From contig CAMJQA010000002.1 of NCBI GenBank assembly GCA_946407895.1, positions 41,878 to 105,877 on the forward strand: DNA of 64,000 nucleotides, read 5' to 3'. How positions within the stretch are numbered: the first letter of the stretch is position 1; the number at the start of each line of letters is the position of its first letter. The position numbers and the translations under genes are program-made. Below, piece by piece: positions 17,305-25,794 of this stretch. The notes under the pieces were generated by a model. That model worked only from the letters and a program-made list of their open reading frames with translations. It did not search any database and was not told the DNA's origin. Origin of the DNA: an uncultured Prevotellaceae bacterium (GTDB lineage Bacteria; Bacteroidota; Bacteroidia; Bacteroidales; Bacteroidaceae).

Positions 17305-20268
17305 TTAATTAATGTTTAATAAAAATCGGACAGAAGCAGATATAATAGATCTGCGTGTCTCTGTATCCTGTATGCATTCCAGAGGGAAACCAAAAGACAT
17401 GGTACGGTAGTCATTGCCAGAATATGCAATTCCTGCAGACTGGCCACAACCAGCATATAACATAGAACAGAAAGCGCCTTCTGCTGCCTGTAATACATCG
17501 GCTTGTCGAATCCAGTAGTTTTGTTCGTTCGGCGTGTTGTAAAGACTGGCGGTTGTGTTCATGCCTTGTATCGTGTTAAGACTGTCTGTACTGATGGCGG
17601 TATAGTGGCTGTACTTAAGAATATTCTCGGTGAAGTACTTGTCCTCGGCACTCTTCATGTCGCTGCCGATAAAAGCTCCACTAGCAAGGATACTTCCGCC
17701 CAACCGGGAGTAGTTTGATAGTGTCTGCTTCAAGTCATCTGTGAATGTCTTGTATGTACGCATGCTGTAACCATCGGCCTTCTGGGCGCCCATTACCACG
17801 TCTATCAGTTGGTAGAATTGCAAGGGGATATCCTTGGCGACATCGGAAGTACAGCTGCCTATCGTATAGTTGCCTCCAGCCAATATGTCACGAGCGTGGC
17901 GTACCGAGTAGTCGTGGGTGTTACCAGCCAAAATCATACCTTCCAACTCGCTTCCACTGAACCCCAGCCCGTTTGAGCCCTCACGCCCATAGCCTGCCTT
18001 TTCGTAAAAGAGTTGGTAGCCACAGTAGCCAGGCATGCGACGGTCCACCACGCCAGGTTCGGTATCCATGTCGAACCCCTGGCTGGTAGGAGTATCGAAG
18101 GGCTGTGGGCCTGCAACGCGATTGAAGCCATCCACGATGCAGATGCGCGGAGCCTCAGCTCCGGCATAGTAGGCACATACCTCTTCACTTGGCAGGCTAT
18201 ATCCGCCATCATTCACAGCCTCTACGCGGAAGAGGTAGAGGGTGTTTGGGGCTATCTTTATCTGGCACTCTTGGTGTCTAGCCGAGATTAAACGGCCGTT
18301 GTCGAAGCCCTTTTGTCCCTCGCTGATGTAAATGACATAGTCGGTAGGTTCGGCAGTTTCGTCGTAGAGATCTATAGTGGGCATCCAACTCAAGAGAACG
18401 TTCTCACCACTCTCGTCCACGTGAGCAGAAAGCCCGTGAACGGGCAAGGGTTGTGTGACAACGCGGTCCTTACAATGGACATTCTTAATATATTGGAGTA
18501 CACCCTTATAGATAGCTCTAGCCAGAATGAACTTAAAGTAAGGGTCGTGCCCCTTCATAAGGTCAGCCCAATTCTGGTGGCTCATTGTCTCAAGTATCAT
18601 AGCGGGCAACTGTGGCTCGCGCGTCTCGCCGTAGTTACGGTCGTACATTTGGCGGCGGTTCCAACTACCGAAATGCTGGCGGATGTCGTTGCATACGCTG
18701 CTGACCACCATGTCAGTTAGGTCGCGGCTGGTCAGCCTGGAGAGCCCAGTAGCTGTAATCCCGTCATAAAAGCCCGTGGTATAGATGCCCAAAGTACCTA
18801 TATGCGTGCTGTCTCTGCGAACTCCTGCATCGCTGTGAATGGCAAGGCTGAGTTCCAGCGGTACACACAGTCCGCTATCCCCAGGATTGTAAAGGCTTCC
18901 ACGCGAGAGGTAGTTCTCCATACGGGGACGAGCATTGATGTCATCACCGTAGTCATCCTGTCCCTCCTTGGCTGAATAGACCTGAAATGGCATTCCTGCC
19001 CACTGAGCATAATAGCGGGCGGCTTCCAGGAAGCGAGGCATGCCGCTGCCTATAGGCTCGGTCATGTTGCCATACATGCGCAGAACGTTTCCCATGCCGC
19101 CGCCAAGACGAACAGCATCGGCAGTTATTGTTCCGCGGTAGTTGCTCAGATTCGACAGAGTGATGCAGTTTCCTGCATTCTCACCGGCATCGAAGTGGAA
19201 AGTACCCAAATAGACCCATGTTCCACCGCCCATTTTCTGATTTACACGAAACTGCGTTTCGATGCCCTGGTGAACAACGGTATAGAGGGCATCACTGACG
19301 CTGGTGGGCAGGGTCTTGTAGGATACATAGACTGCATAGTCGCCTTCCTGTGCGATATTCGGTGTCCAGACGATGCTACTCAACTGACGTTTCTGGTCCG
19401 TGGCGTCAATCATACGGCAAGAGCCTTCCTTGAATGGATTCTGGTGATCCTGATAGAACGATCGTACCTGTGCAAAGCCCGTATCGCAGTGCACCCACTG
19501 GTAGCGGTCGTTTATTTCGGTATAGATACCGTTTGCTTGTGGCTTGTCGTTGTCAATTATAATCTCGTTCTTCTGCCAGTCGCGTTCCCTGGGACTGAAT
19601 ACGACGGCTCCTGCATTCTGCAACATAGGAATGAGGTAGGGGATAACTATGGTCTGTGTGAAGAGGTCTTCCGAGGTGCAGAATAGTCTGGGGCGTTGCC
19701 ATATCCATTCCTGTTTTTTGACATTGAAGTATTTACCGTGACTAGCCCATACGCAAAGGTGGTGTCCCTGTAATCCATGCTCGATACGAGATGGCAGACT
19801 CATAGGAGTTACCCATGGATTGCCGTGCAGCATGGTCTTTTGATATGTTCGGCCAGGGAAAGGGGAGGGCTGCAAATGTATGGGCACCAACTCCTCCAGC
19901 GGGTAACCGCCAGCCAAAATTGTAAGTTGGTAGTTGTTGTATGGTGGAGGAAGTAACTGAGATACCTCTGATTTAATGTCTGTTACTATCTGAGGAGTAA
20001 ATGGCTGTGTAGAAAAGGCTTCGTTGAGGCTAATCTGAACTCTTTTCTGTTCAGTATCGATAGAGATATTTTCTATCTTTATCTTCTCATTGCTGGAGTA
20101 TGTATTGGTCGTATAATTGTCGAAGTAAATTGCCAACTTACTTTTCAGTTGCTTTGGAGTTTGGGCATAAGAAAAGCAGCTCCAAAGGCAAAATATGAAA
20201 AGAAAGCCAATTGCAGTGTATTTGAAGTGTATATGATATTTTTTCACCGTTGTCAGGTAGTCCATCAT
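17305..20268 (-). CDS. large secreted protein with amidase_3-like core and FN3-like module
   Basis: 987 aa with signal peptide FLFIFCLWSCFSYAQ. LAIHSDAG and ILETMSHQN resemble Zn-amidase (N-acetylmuramoyl-L-alanine amidase) motifs. I recall homologs of this kind being annotated as xanthan lyase, without experimental support that I know of. Confidence 0.55.
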   Translation of the reverse strand: MMDYLTTVKKYHIHFKYTAIGFLFIFCLWSCFSYAQTPKQLKSKLAIYFDNYTTNTYSSNEKIKIENISIDTEQKRVQISLNEAFSTQPFTPQIVTDIKSEVSQLLPPPYNNYQLTILAGGYPLEELVPIHLQPSPFPGRTYQKTMLHGNPWVTPMSLPSRIEHGLQGHHLCVWASHGKYFNVKKQEWIWQRPRLFCTSEDLFTQTIVIPYLIPMLQNAGAVVFSPRERDWQKNEIIIDNDKPQANGIYTEINDRYQWVHCDTGFAQVRSFYQDHQNPFKEGSCRMIDATDQKRQLSSIVWTPNIAQEGDYAVYVSYKTLPTSVSDALYTVVHQGIETQFRVNQKMGGGTWVYLGTFHFDAGENAGNCITLSNLSNYRGTITADAVRLGGGMGNVLRMYGNMTEPIGSGMPRFLEAARYYAQWAGMPFQVYSAKEGQDDYGDDINARPRMENYLSRGSLYNPGDSGLCVPLELSLAIHSDAGVRRDSTHIGTLGIYTTGFYDGITATGLSRLTSRDLTDMVVSSVCNDIRQHFGSWNRRQMYDRNYGETREPQLPAMILETMSHQNWADLMKGHDPYFKFILARAIYKGVLQYIKNVHCKDRVVTQPLPVHGLSAHVDESGENVLLSWMPTIDLYDETAEPTDYVIYISEGQKGFDNGRLISARHQECQIKIAPNTLYLFRVEAVNDGGYSLPSEEVCAYYAGAEAPRICIVDGFNRVAGPQPFDTPTSQGFDMDTEPGVVDRRMPGYCGYQLFYEKAGYGREGSNGLGFSGSELEGMILAGNTHDYSVRHARDILAGGNYTIGSCTSDVAKDIPLQFYQLIDVVMGAQKADGYSMRTYKTFTDDLKQTLSNYSRLGGSILASGAFIGSDMKSAEDKYFTENILKYSHYTAISTDSLNTIQGMNTTASLYNTPNEQNYWIRQADVLQAAEGAFCSMLYAGCGQSAGIAYSGNDYRTMSFGFPLECIQDTETRRSIISASVRFLLNIN

Positions 20269-20288
20269 GACCTAAACCATTTTTATGC

Positions 20289-20834
20289 CTATAAAGCAAA
20301 TTTCTTAGGATGCTTGCCTTGGTAGTCTTGAAAATAAGACTTTATCTCTACCATATCACTCTCTATGTTGCCACTGGGGATAACGGTCTTTGTGCACTCT
20401 ATGAGTTTTCGCTTGTAATCCAGTCCATAAAGTAGGATGGGGAGGTCGGCCATTAAGGCTATGTAATAGAAGCCTTTCTTCCATTCGGAATTCCGCTTGC
20501 GTGTCCCTTCTGGTGTGATGCACAGATGAAAGACATCCTTTTGGCGGGCCGTTTGTGCAATCTGTTCAGTCACACGTGTCCGCTTACTTCTGTCAATGGG
20601 GATGCCGCCAAGGCCCTTCATTATATATCCCATGGGCCAAATGAACCATTCCTTCTTCATGAGAAACTGGCAGGGAATATTCATAGCCCTAGAATACAGG
20701 TTGCCAATGATAAAGTCCCAGTTACTAGTGTGTGGCGCCAGGGCAATGACAAATTTGTCGGGGATAGTTTCCCTGACATTTACGCGGAAGCCCAAAACCT
20801 TGAAGAGTAGAAACCGACTTAATACCTTGATCAT
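20289..20834 (-). CDS. 1-acyl-sn-glycerol-3-phosphate acyltransferase family protein
   Basis: It has the HX4D motif HTSNWD and the PEGTR motif (ITPEGTRKR). 181 aa. Confidence 0.8.
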   Translation of the reverse strand: MIKVLSRFLLFKVLGFRVNVRETIPDKFVIALAPHTSNWDFIIGNLYSRAMNIPCQFLMKKEWFIWPMGYIMKGLGGIPIDRSKRTRVTEQIAQTARQKDVFHLCITPEGTRKRNSEWKKGFYYIALMADLPILLYGLDYKRKLIECTKTVIPSGNIESDMVEIKSYFQDYQGKHPKKFAL

Positions 20835-21097
20835 GCCACGTATTTTAACTGTTCCACGATGTCGTTTGTACGGCTTATCATGTCTTGGCGTATTTTCTTG
20901 AAGAATAATTTAGTACTACCAGGCTCGACATGTGAAAGTCTGCAAACCAGGTCGTTCTGCATCATCAGAATGCTGCGCATGATGTTTTCAATATCGGCAA
21001 ACGACGAGACTTTGTGATATTGAAGCAGAGCTACGCATTCAGCATAGAGTTCGCCACAGAGGTAGTTAATGGTTTTCTTTAGTTCTCTACGTTTCAT
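20831..21097 (-). CDS. hypothetical protein (88 aa from ATG 21097)
   Basis: The ORF 20831..21130 opens with TTG and the first ATG is at 21097. The stop overlaps the acyltransferase start by 4 bp. Confidence 0.5.
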   Translation of the reverse strand: MKRRELKKTINYLCGELYAECVALLQYHKVSSFADIENIMRSILMMQNDLVCRLSHVEPGSTKLFFKKIRQDMISRTNDIVEQLKYVA

Positions 21098-21239
21098 TTT
21101 CTTGTCTTTATTCTTTTCTGTTTTTCTCAATTAGCAACAAAGGTAGTATTATATTTTCAACCGTGCAAGATTTATGCGCAAAAATAAAATAAATTAAATG
21201 TTTTTGTCGCTTTTCCTTTTAAATATCGGCTATATTTTA

Positions 21240-21247
21240 TATATTTG
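21240..21247 (+). promoter_or_regulatory. candidate -7 box TATATTTG upstream of pfp
   Basis: It matches the Bacteroides TAnnTTTG consensus 53 bp before ATG 21300. No well-spaced TTTG -33 element was seen. Confidence 0.3.
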
Positions 21248-21299
21248 CAGTGCAAAATGGCATATATTTCTATATTATATATAAAAACAAACAAGAATT

Positions 21300-22946
21300 A
21301 TGGTAAAAAGTGCTTTGCAAATTGCCCGTGCAGCTTATCAGCCTAAGCTGCCTAAGGCATTGAAGGGTTCAGTAAAGGCTGTTGAGGGTAAGCCTACACA
21401 GAGTGTGGGCAATCAGGAAGAAATCAAGGCGATGTTCCCCAACACTTACGGTATGCCTGTTATCACATTTGAAGCTGGAGAGACAAAGCCGATGGATGCT
21501 TTCAACGTCGGAATTATTCTGTCGGGAGGGCAGGCACCTGGTGGCCACAACGTAATCAGCGGCTTGTATGATGGTGTGAAGAGCCTGAATCCTGTTAGCA
21601 AACTATACGGTTTTCTGATGGGCCCTGGTGGTCTGGTTGACCACAAATACGTGGAGTTCACCGATGAGTTCATTAACGAGTATCGAAATACGGGCGGCTT
21701 TGACATCATTGGTTCGGGACGCACGAAACTGGAGAAGGAATCTCAGTTCGAAAGCGGCATAGAAATTCTGCGTCAGCTGGGAATCAAGGCATTGGTTATT
21801 ATCGGTGGTGATGATTCCAATACAAACGCCTGCGTGTTAGCTGAGTATTATGCTGCCAAGAAGTATGGTGTTCAGGTTATTGGCTGTCCTAAAACGATTG
21901 ACGGCGACCTGAAGAATGAGCAGATTGAGACAAGCTTTGGATTCGACACGGCTTGCAAGACTTACAGCGAACTGATTGGTAATATCCAGCGCGACTGCAA
22001 CAGTGCCCGTAAATACTGGCATTTCATTAAGTTGATGGGACGTTCGGCATCTCATATCGCATTGGAATGCGCCCTGCAGACGCAGCCAAATATCTGCCTG
22101 ATTTCTGAGGAGGTTGAACAGAAGGAGATGAGCCTGGACGATGTGGTAACTTACATTGCTCGTATTGTGGCTGACCGCGCTGCTGACGGAAATAACTTCG
22201 GCACCGTGTTGATTCCCGAGGGATTGATTGAATTCATCCCCGCCATCAAGAAACTTATCGCCCAGCTGAATGACGTACTCACCGATCCGAAGACGGGCGA
22301 GCCTATGGAATTTGCTAATGCACAGGAGCAGATTGCCTATGTCAAGGGCAACATCACGGCAGAAAATCTGGCTATCCTGGAATCTCTGCCTGCCGATGTA
22401 GCTAACCAACTTTGTCTGGACAGAGACCCGCACGGAAATGTCCAAGTATCACTTATCGAGACCGAGAAATTGCTCAGTCGCATGGTTGCTACCAAGCTGG
22501 CCGCTTGGAAGAAAGAAGGTAAGTATTCGGGCAAGTTCTCAGCCCAGCATCACTTCTTCGGATATGAGGGACGTTGTGCTGCGCCTTCCAATTACGATGC
22601 AGATTACTGCTATAGCCTGGGTTACAACGCCAGTCGCCTGATTGCCAATGGCAAGACCGGCTATATGTCCATCATAAAGAATACAACAGCTCCTGCTGAG
22701 GAGTGGATTGCTGGCGGTGTGCCCATTACCATGATGATGAACATGGAGCGTCGCAACGGTGCTATGAAGCCCGTCATCCGCAAGGCTCTTGTTGAGCTTG
22801 ACGGAGCGCCTTTTAAGTTCTTTGCAGCCAATCGTGAGGCGTGGGCAAAGAATACCATGTACATTTATCCCGGACCTATTCAATATTGGGGCCCGTCTGA
22901 GGTTTGTGATCAGTGCACAAAGACGCTGTCTTTGGAGCATAAGTAG
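21300..22946 (+). CDS. pfp: diphosphate--fructose-6-phosphate 1-phosphotransferase (PPi-PFK, long form)
   Basis: 548 aa. Motifs are GGDDSNT, PKTIDGDL and MGR. Confidence 0.9.
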   Translation: MVKSALQIARAAYQPKLPKALKGSVKAVEGKPTQSVGNQEEIKAMFPNTYGMPVITFEAGETKPMDAFNVGIILSGGQAPGGHNVISGLYDGVKSLNPVSKLYGFLMGPGGLVDHKYVEFTDEFINEYRNTGGFDIIGSGRTKLEKESQFESGIEILRQLGIKALVIIGGDDSNTNACVLAEYYAAKKYGVQVIGCPKTIDGDLKNEQIETSFGFDTACKTYSELIGNIQRDCNSARKYWHFIKLMGRSASHIALECALQTQPNICLISEEVEQKEMSLDDVVTYIARIVADRAADGNNFGTVLIPEGLIEFIPAIKKLIAQLNDVLTDPKTGEPMEFANAQEQIAYVKGNITAENLAILESLPADVANQLCLDRDPHGNVQVSLIETEKLLSRMVATKLAAWKKEGKYSGKFSAQHHFFGYEGRCAAPSNYDADYCYSLGYNASRLIANGKTGYMSIIKNTTAPAEEWIAGGVPITMMMNMERRNGAMKPVIRKALVELDGAPFKFFAANREAWAKNTMYIYPGPIQYWGPSEVCDQCTKTLSLEHK

Positions 22947-22974
22947 AATTTATAACTAATTCATAATAATATGT

Positions 22975-23886
22975 GTGGAAGGGCCGAGGTCGTTTTTCCG
23001 AAGGCCCTTCACACTTTTGATACATCAATCTTTGCAGGCCAACAAGTCAAAAAACCGGAAACCGACGAGTCGTTCTGGCAGTCTAAAGACGAAGAAGAAA
23101 ATCGTAAATCGGAGTCGGGGATATTCCTTCCCGGCAAGACATTTGTGGGCATTGTGTATTGGCGCGCTTACCATCGTCAGTATCTCTATTTTCATCCTAT
23201 ATCATATCTTTGTTGACCAGTACAGTTTCAGTTGGAAGCAGGTGCGGATTGAGGACTTCCATCCGGAGGGCTTTCATGTCCGGGGAATAGACATTAGTCA
23301 TTATCAACAAGAAATTAATTGGGAAAGACTGCGTAATGCAAATCTTTTGGGAGATCCTATCCGCTTCATTTTCATCAAGGCTACCGAGGGTATTTCAATT
23401 ATGGACGAGAATTTCAATGAGAATTTCTATCAGGCCAAACAGAACGGCTTCATTCGTGGCGCATATCATTTCTTTATTCCCGAGATTGATGCCGAACGCC
23501 AAGCACGTTTTTTTATGCACCAGGTTCATCTTGAACCAGGCGATCTTCCTCCGGTTTTGGATGTCGAAAAGCGTGGCAATCTTTCGAACTCTGATCTGGA
23601 ACACGCTGTTAAGAAGTGGATGGACTTGGTTGAATCACGCTATCACGTAAAGCCGATCCTATATACAGGCTATAAATTCCGAACGAGTGTGTTGAATAAT
23701 GCTCAGTTCGATGAGTATCCTTTTTGGATAGCGCATTATTATGTGAAAACCCTCTCGTATAAGGGCAAATGGATGTTTTGGCAATATACTGACGCTGGGC
23801 ATATAGACGGAATAAATGGAGACGTCGATTGTAGCACATTCAACGGAACGCCAGACGAGTTGATCAGCCTGACACTAAAAGAATGA
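22975..23886 (+). CDS. GH25 family muramidase (lysozyme) with N-terminal membrane anchor
   Basis: Motifs are GIDISHYQQEINW, FIFIKATEG and GAYHFF. The TM segment is LWALCIGALTIVSISIFILY. GTG 22975 is the first canonical start after an in-frame stop. Confidence 0.8.
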   Translation: MEGPRSFFRRPFTLLIHQSLQANKSKNRKPTSRSGSLKTKKKIVNRSRGYSFPARHLWALCIGALTIVSISIFILYHIFVDQYSFSWKQVRIEDFHPEGFHVRGIDISHYQQEINWERLRNANLLGDPIRFIFIKATEGISIMDENFNENFYQAKQNGFIRGAYHFFIPEIDAERQARFFMHQVHLEPGDLPPVLDVEKRGNLSNSDLEHAVKKWMDLVESRYHVKPILYTGYKFRTSVLNNAQFDEYPFWIAHYYVKTLSYKGKWMFWQYTDAGHIDGINGDVDCSTFNGTPDELISLTLKE

Positions 23887-23976
23887 TTAATAATGTTTTA
23901 TAATAACGCCACTAAACATAATGCCGATTATGATATTTTTTGAAAACTTGCAATATTATTATGTAAGAATTTGATT

Positions 23977-24906
23977 ATGAAGAAGTTTGATGCTCATAAT
24001 AGATATATCGTTTTACCGGTGCGTGAAGAAACGACATTAATGGAATTCCTTATTAAACAGATGTCTGGTACCAGCCGAAATCGCGTGAAGGATTTGCTTA
24101 GGGGGCATGCCATTACTGTGGACCGGAAGATTACAACGCAGTTTGACACTGTACTCAAAACTGGACAACTTGTACAGGTGCGAAGACATAAGCAGAATGT
24201 TGAACTGAACAACAAATATGTTAGACTTATCTATGAGGATAAGGACTTAGTGGTTATCGAAAAGCAGCCTGGAATCCTTAGCCAGGGCATGTCAGAAACC
24301 CAATACTGTGTGAAGAAAGTTCTCGATGAGTATTTCCGTCGTCGCCAGTTTAAATGTTCGGCTCATGTCGTACATCGATTGGACCGCGAGACGAGCGGAC
24401 TGATGATTTATGCCAAGAGCACCGAAATTCAGCAGACCTTGGAGCAAGACTGGCAACAGGTAGTCTATGATCGTCGTTATGTTGCTCTTGTCAGCGGCTG
24501 TATGGAACGAGAAGGAGGCATTATTCGCAGTTGGCTTCACGAAGGTCCAGGATTCAAGACACTGAGTTGCCCGACCGACGACGGCGGACGTGAAGCCGTT
24601 ACTTACTTCCACACGCTCCAGGCCGAAGATGACTATAGTCTTGTAGAGTTTCGTCTTGAAACTGGGCGCAAGAATCAAATCCGCGTACACATGCAGCAAA
24701 TTGGGCATCCCGTGGCCGGAGATCAGAAGTACGGCGACGGCCGCAATCCTCTTGGTCGTTTAGCCCTCCACGCTTTTCGTCTGCATTTCTTCCATCCGCG
24801 CACTGGTCAACCTATGGAGTTCGACACCCCTATTCCCCGACTCTTTCAACAACGATTCAAGAGCCGCCAAATTCACGAGGAAATCTCGGACGATTCTGAG
24901 AATTAA
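23977..24906 (+). CDS. RluA family pseudouridine synthase with S4-like N-terminal domain
   Basis: HRLDRETSGLMIYAK carries the catalytic Asp; KNQIRVH is also present. The ORF opens with TTG at 23971 and the first ATG is at 23977. Confidence 0.85.
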   Translation: MKKFDAHNRYIVLPVREETTLMEFLIKQMSGTSRNRVKDLLRGHAITVDRKITTQFDTVLKTGQLVQVRRHKQNVELNNKYVRLIYEDKDLVVIEKQPGILSQGMSETQYCVKKVLDEYFRRRQFKCSAHVVHRLDRETSGLMIYAKSTEIQQTLEQDWQQVVYDRRYVALVSGCMEREGGIIRSWLHEGPGFKTLSCPTDDGGREAVTYFHTLQAEDDYSLVEFRLETGRKNQIRVHMQQIGHPVAGDQKYGDGRNPLGRLALHAFRLHFFHPRTGQPMEFDTPIPRLFQQRFKSRQIHEEISDDSEN

Positions 24907-24994
24907 GGATTTTATTATCATAATCCAAAATTGGAATTCTGAATAATTTAATTATCTATAAATTGGTTTTATAATCTTTAAACATTTTAATGGA

Positions 24995-25696
24995 ATGAGA
25001 AAGTTTTTTATTTCTGCAACGCTTGCCGTTGCGACAATCGTCCTGGCCGCATGCGGTATGGGCGGAACCAGCAAGCAGACCACGGCAGACGTGGCCTCCA
25101 GTGTGATTTCAGCAGCTGTTCTGGGCAATGGAGCCAGTGCAGGTAGCACGGCTGGTGGTATCCTTACCTCTGTACTCACCGGAGAGGGAACAAACGTTCT
25201 GGGCACCGTACTGGGCTCACTGCTCGGTAACAAGACATCAGCAAACAGCATTGTAGGCACATGGACCTATGCACAGCCCAAGGTCGTTTTTGAGAGTGAG
25301 AACATTTTGGCTAAACTGGGATCCAGCGTAGCAAGCAGTAAGTTGGAGAGCACTCTGACGGCTCAGCTCAAAAAGATGGGATTCAACTCAGGCAAATCTA
25401 CACTAGTTCTTAATTCCGACAAGACTTGCCAGTTCAACCTTAGTGGCAAAACTCTCAATGGCACCTATTCGTACAACTCCTCGTCGAGCCTGCTAACCAT
25501 TCAGGGGGCCTTGGGCATGACCAGCGTAACTTGCACCTGCAACGTAGTGAATGGACAGATGTATATGCTTTTCGATGCAGACAAACTTCTGGGTATCGCC
25601 TCTAGCGTGGCCAATGCCAGTAGCACCACCAGTTCTCTCTCCAGTCTGCTGAGTAACTACAGTGGACTCAAGTTGGGATGGGCTATGAATAAGTAA
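24995..25696 (+). CDS. lipoprotein, DUF4923/lipocalin-like (tentative)
   Basis: The lipobox is ATIVLAAC. A G/S/A/T-rich linker is followed by GTWTY and a beta-rich segment. Confidence 0.5.
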   Translation: MRKFFISATLAVATIVLAACGMGGTSKQTTADVASSVISAAVLGNGASAGSTAGGILTSVLTGEGTNVLGTVLGSLLGNKTSANSIVGTWTYAQPKVVFESENILAKLGSSVASSKLESTLTAQLKKMGFNSGKSTLVLNSDKTCQFNLSGKTLNGTYSYNSSSSLLTIQGALGMTSVTCTCNVVNGQMYMLFDADKLLGIASSVANASSTTSSLSSLLSNYSGLKLGWAMNK

Positions 25697-25726
25697 GGTT
25701 TACCCTACTCTATAGTAACTTATAAA

Positions 25727-25756
25727 AGAGCGGACTGATTCTCCGCTCTTTTTTTA
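25727..25756. terminator. bidirectional intrinsic terminator
   Basis: The stem is AGAGCGGA / TCCGCTCT (25727-25734 / 25742-25749). TTTTTTT follows on the plus strand and TTTTAT on the minus strand. It lies between convergent stops at 25696 and 25795. Confidence 0.8.
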
Positions 25757-25794
25757 TTAGATGTTTCCCCTTTTGTAAAAGTCATTCCTTTCTC

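Noticed and set aside
22971-23216. An ATG-initiated 81-aa ORF overlapping the 5' end of the GH25 gene in another frame.
   Set aside because: It has no TM or catalytic continuity. The GH25 frame, with GTG at 22975, carries the membrane anchor and all family motifs.
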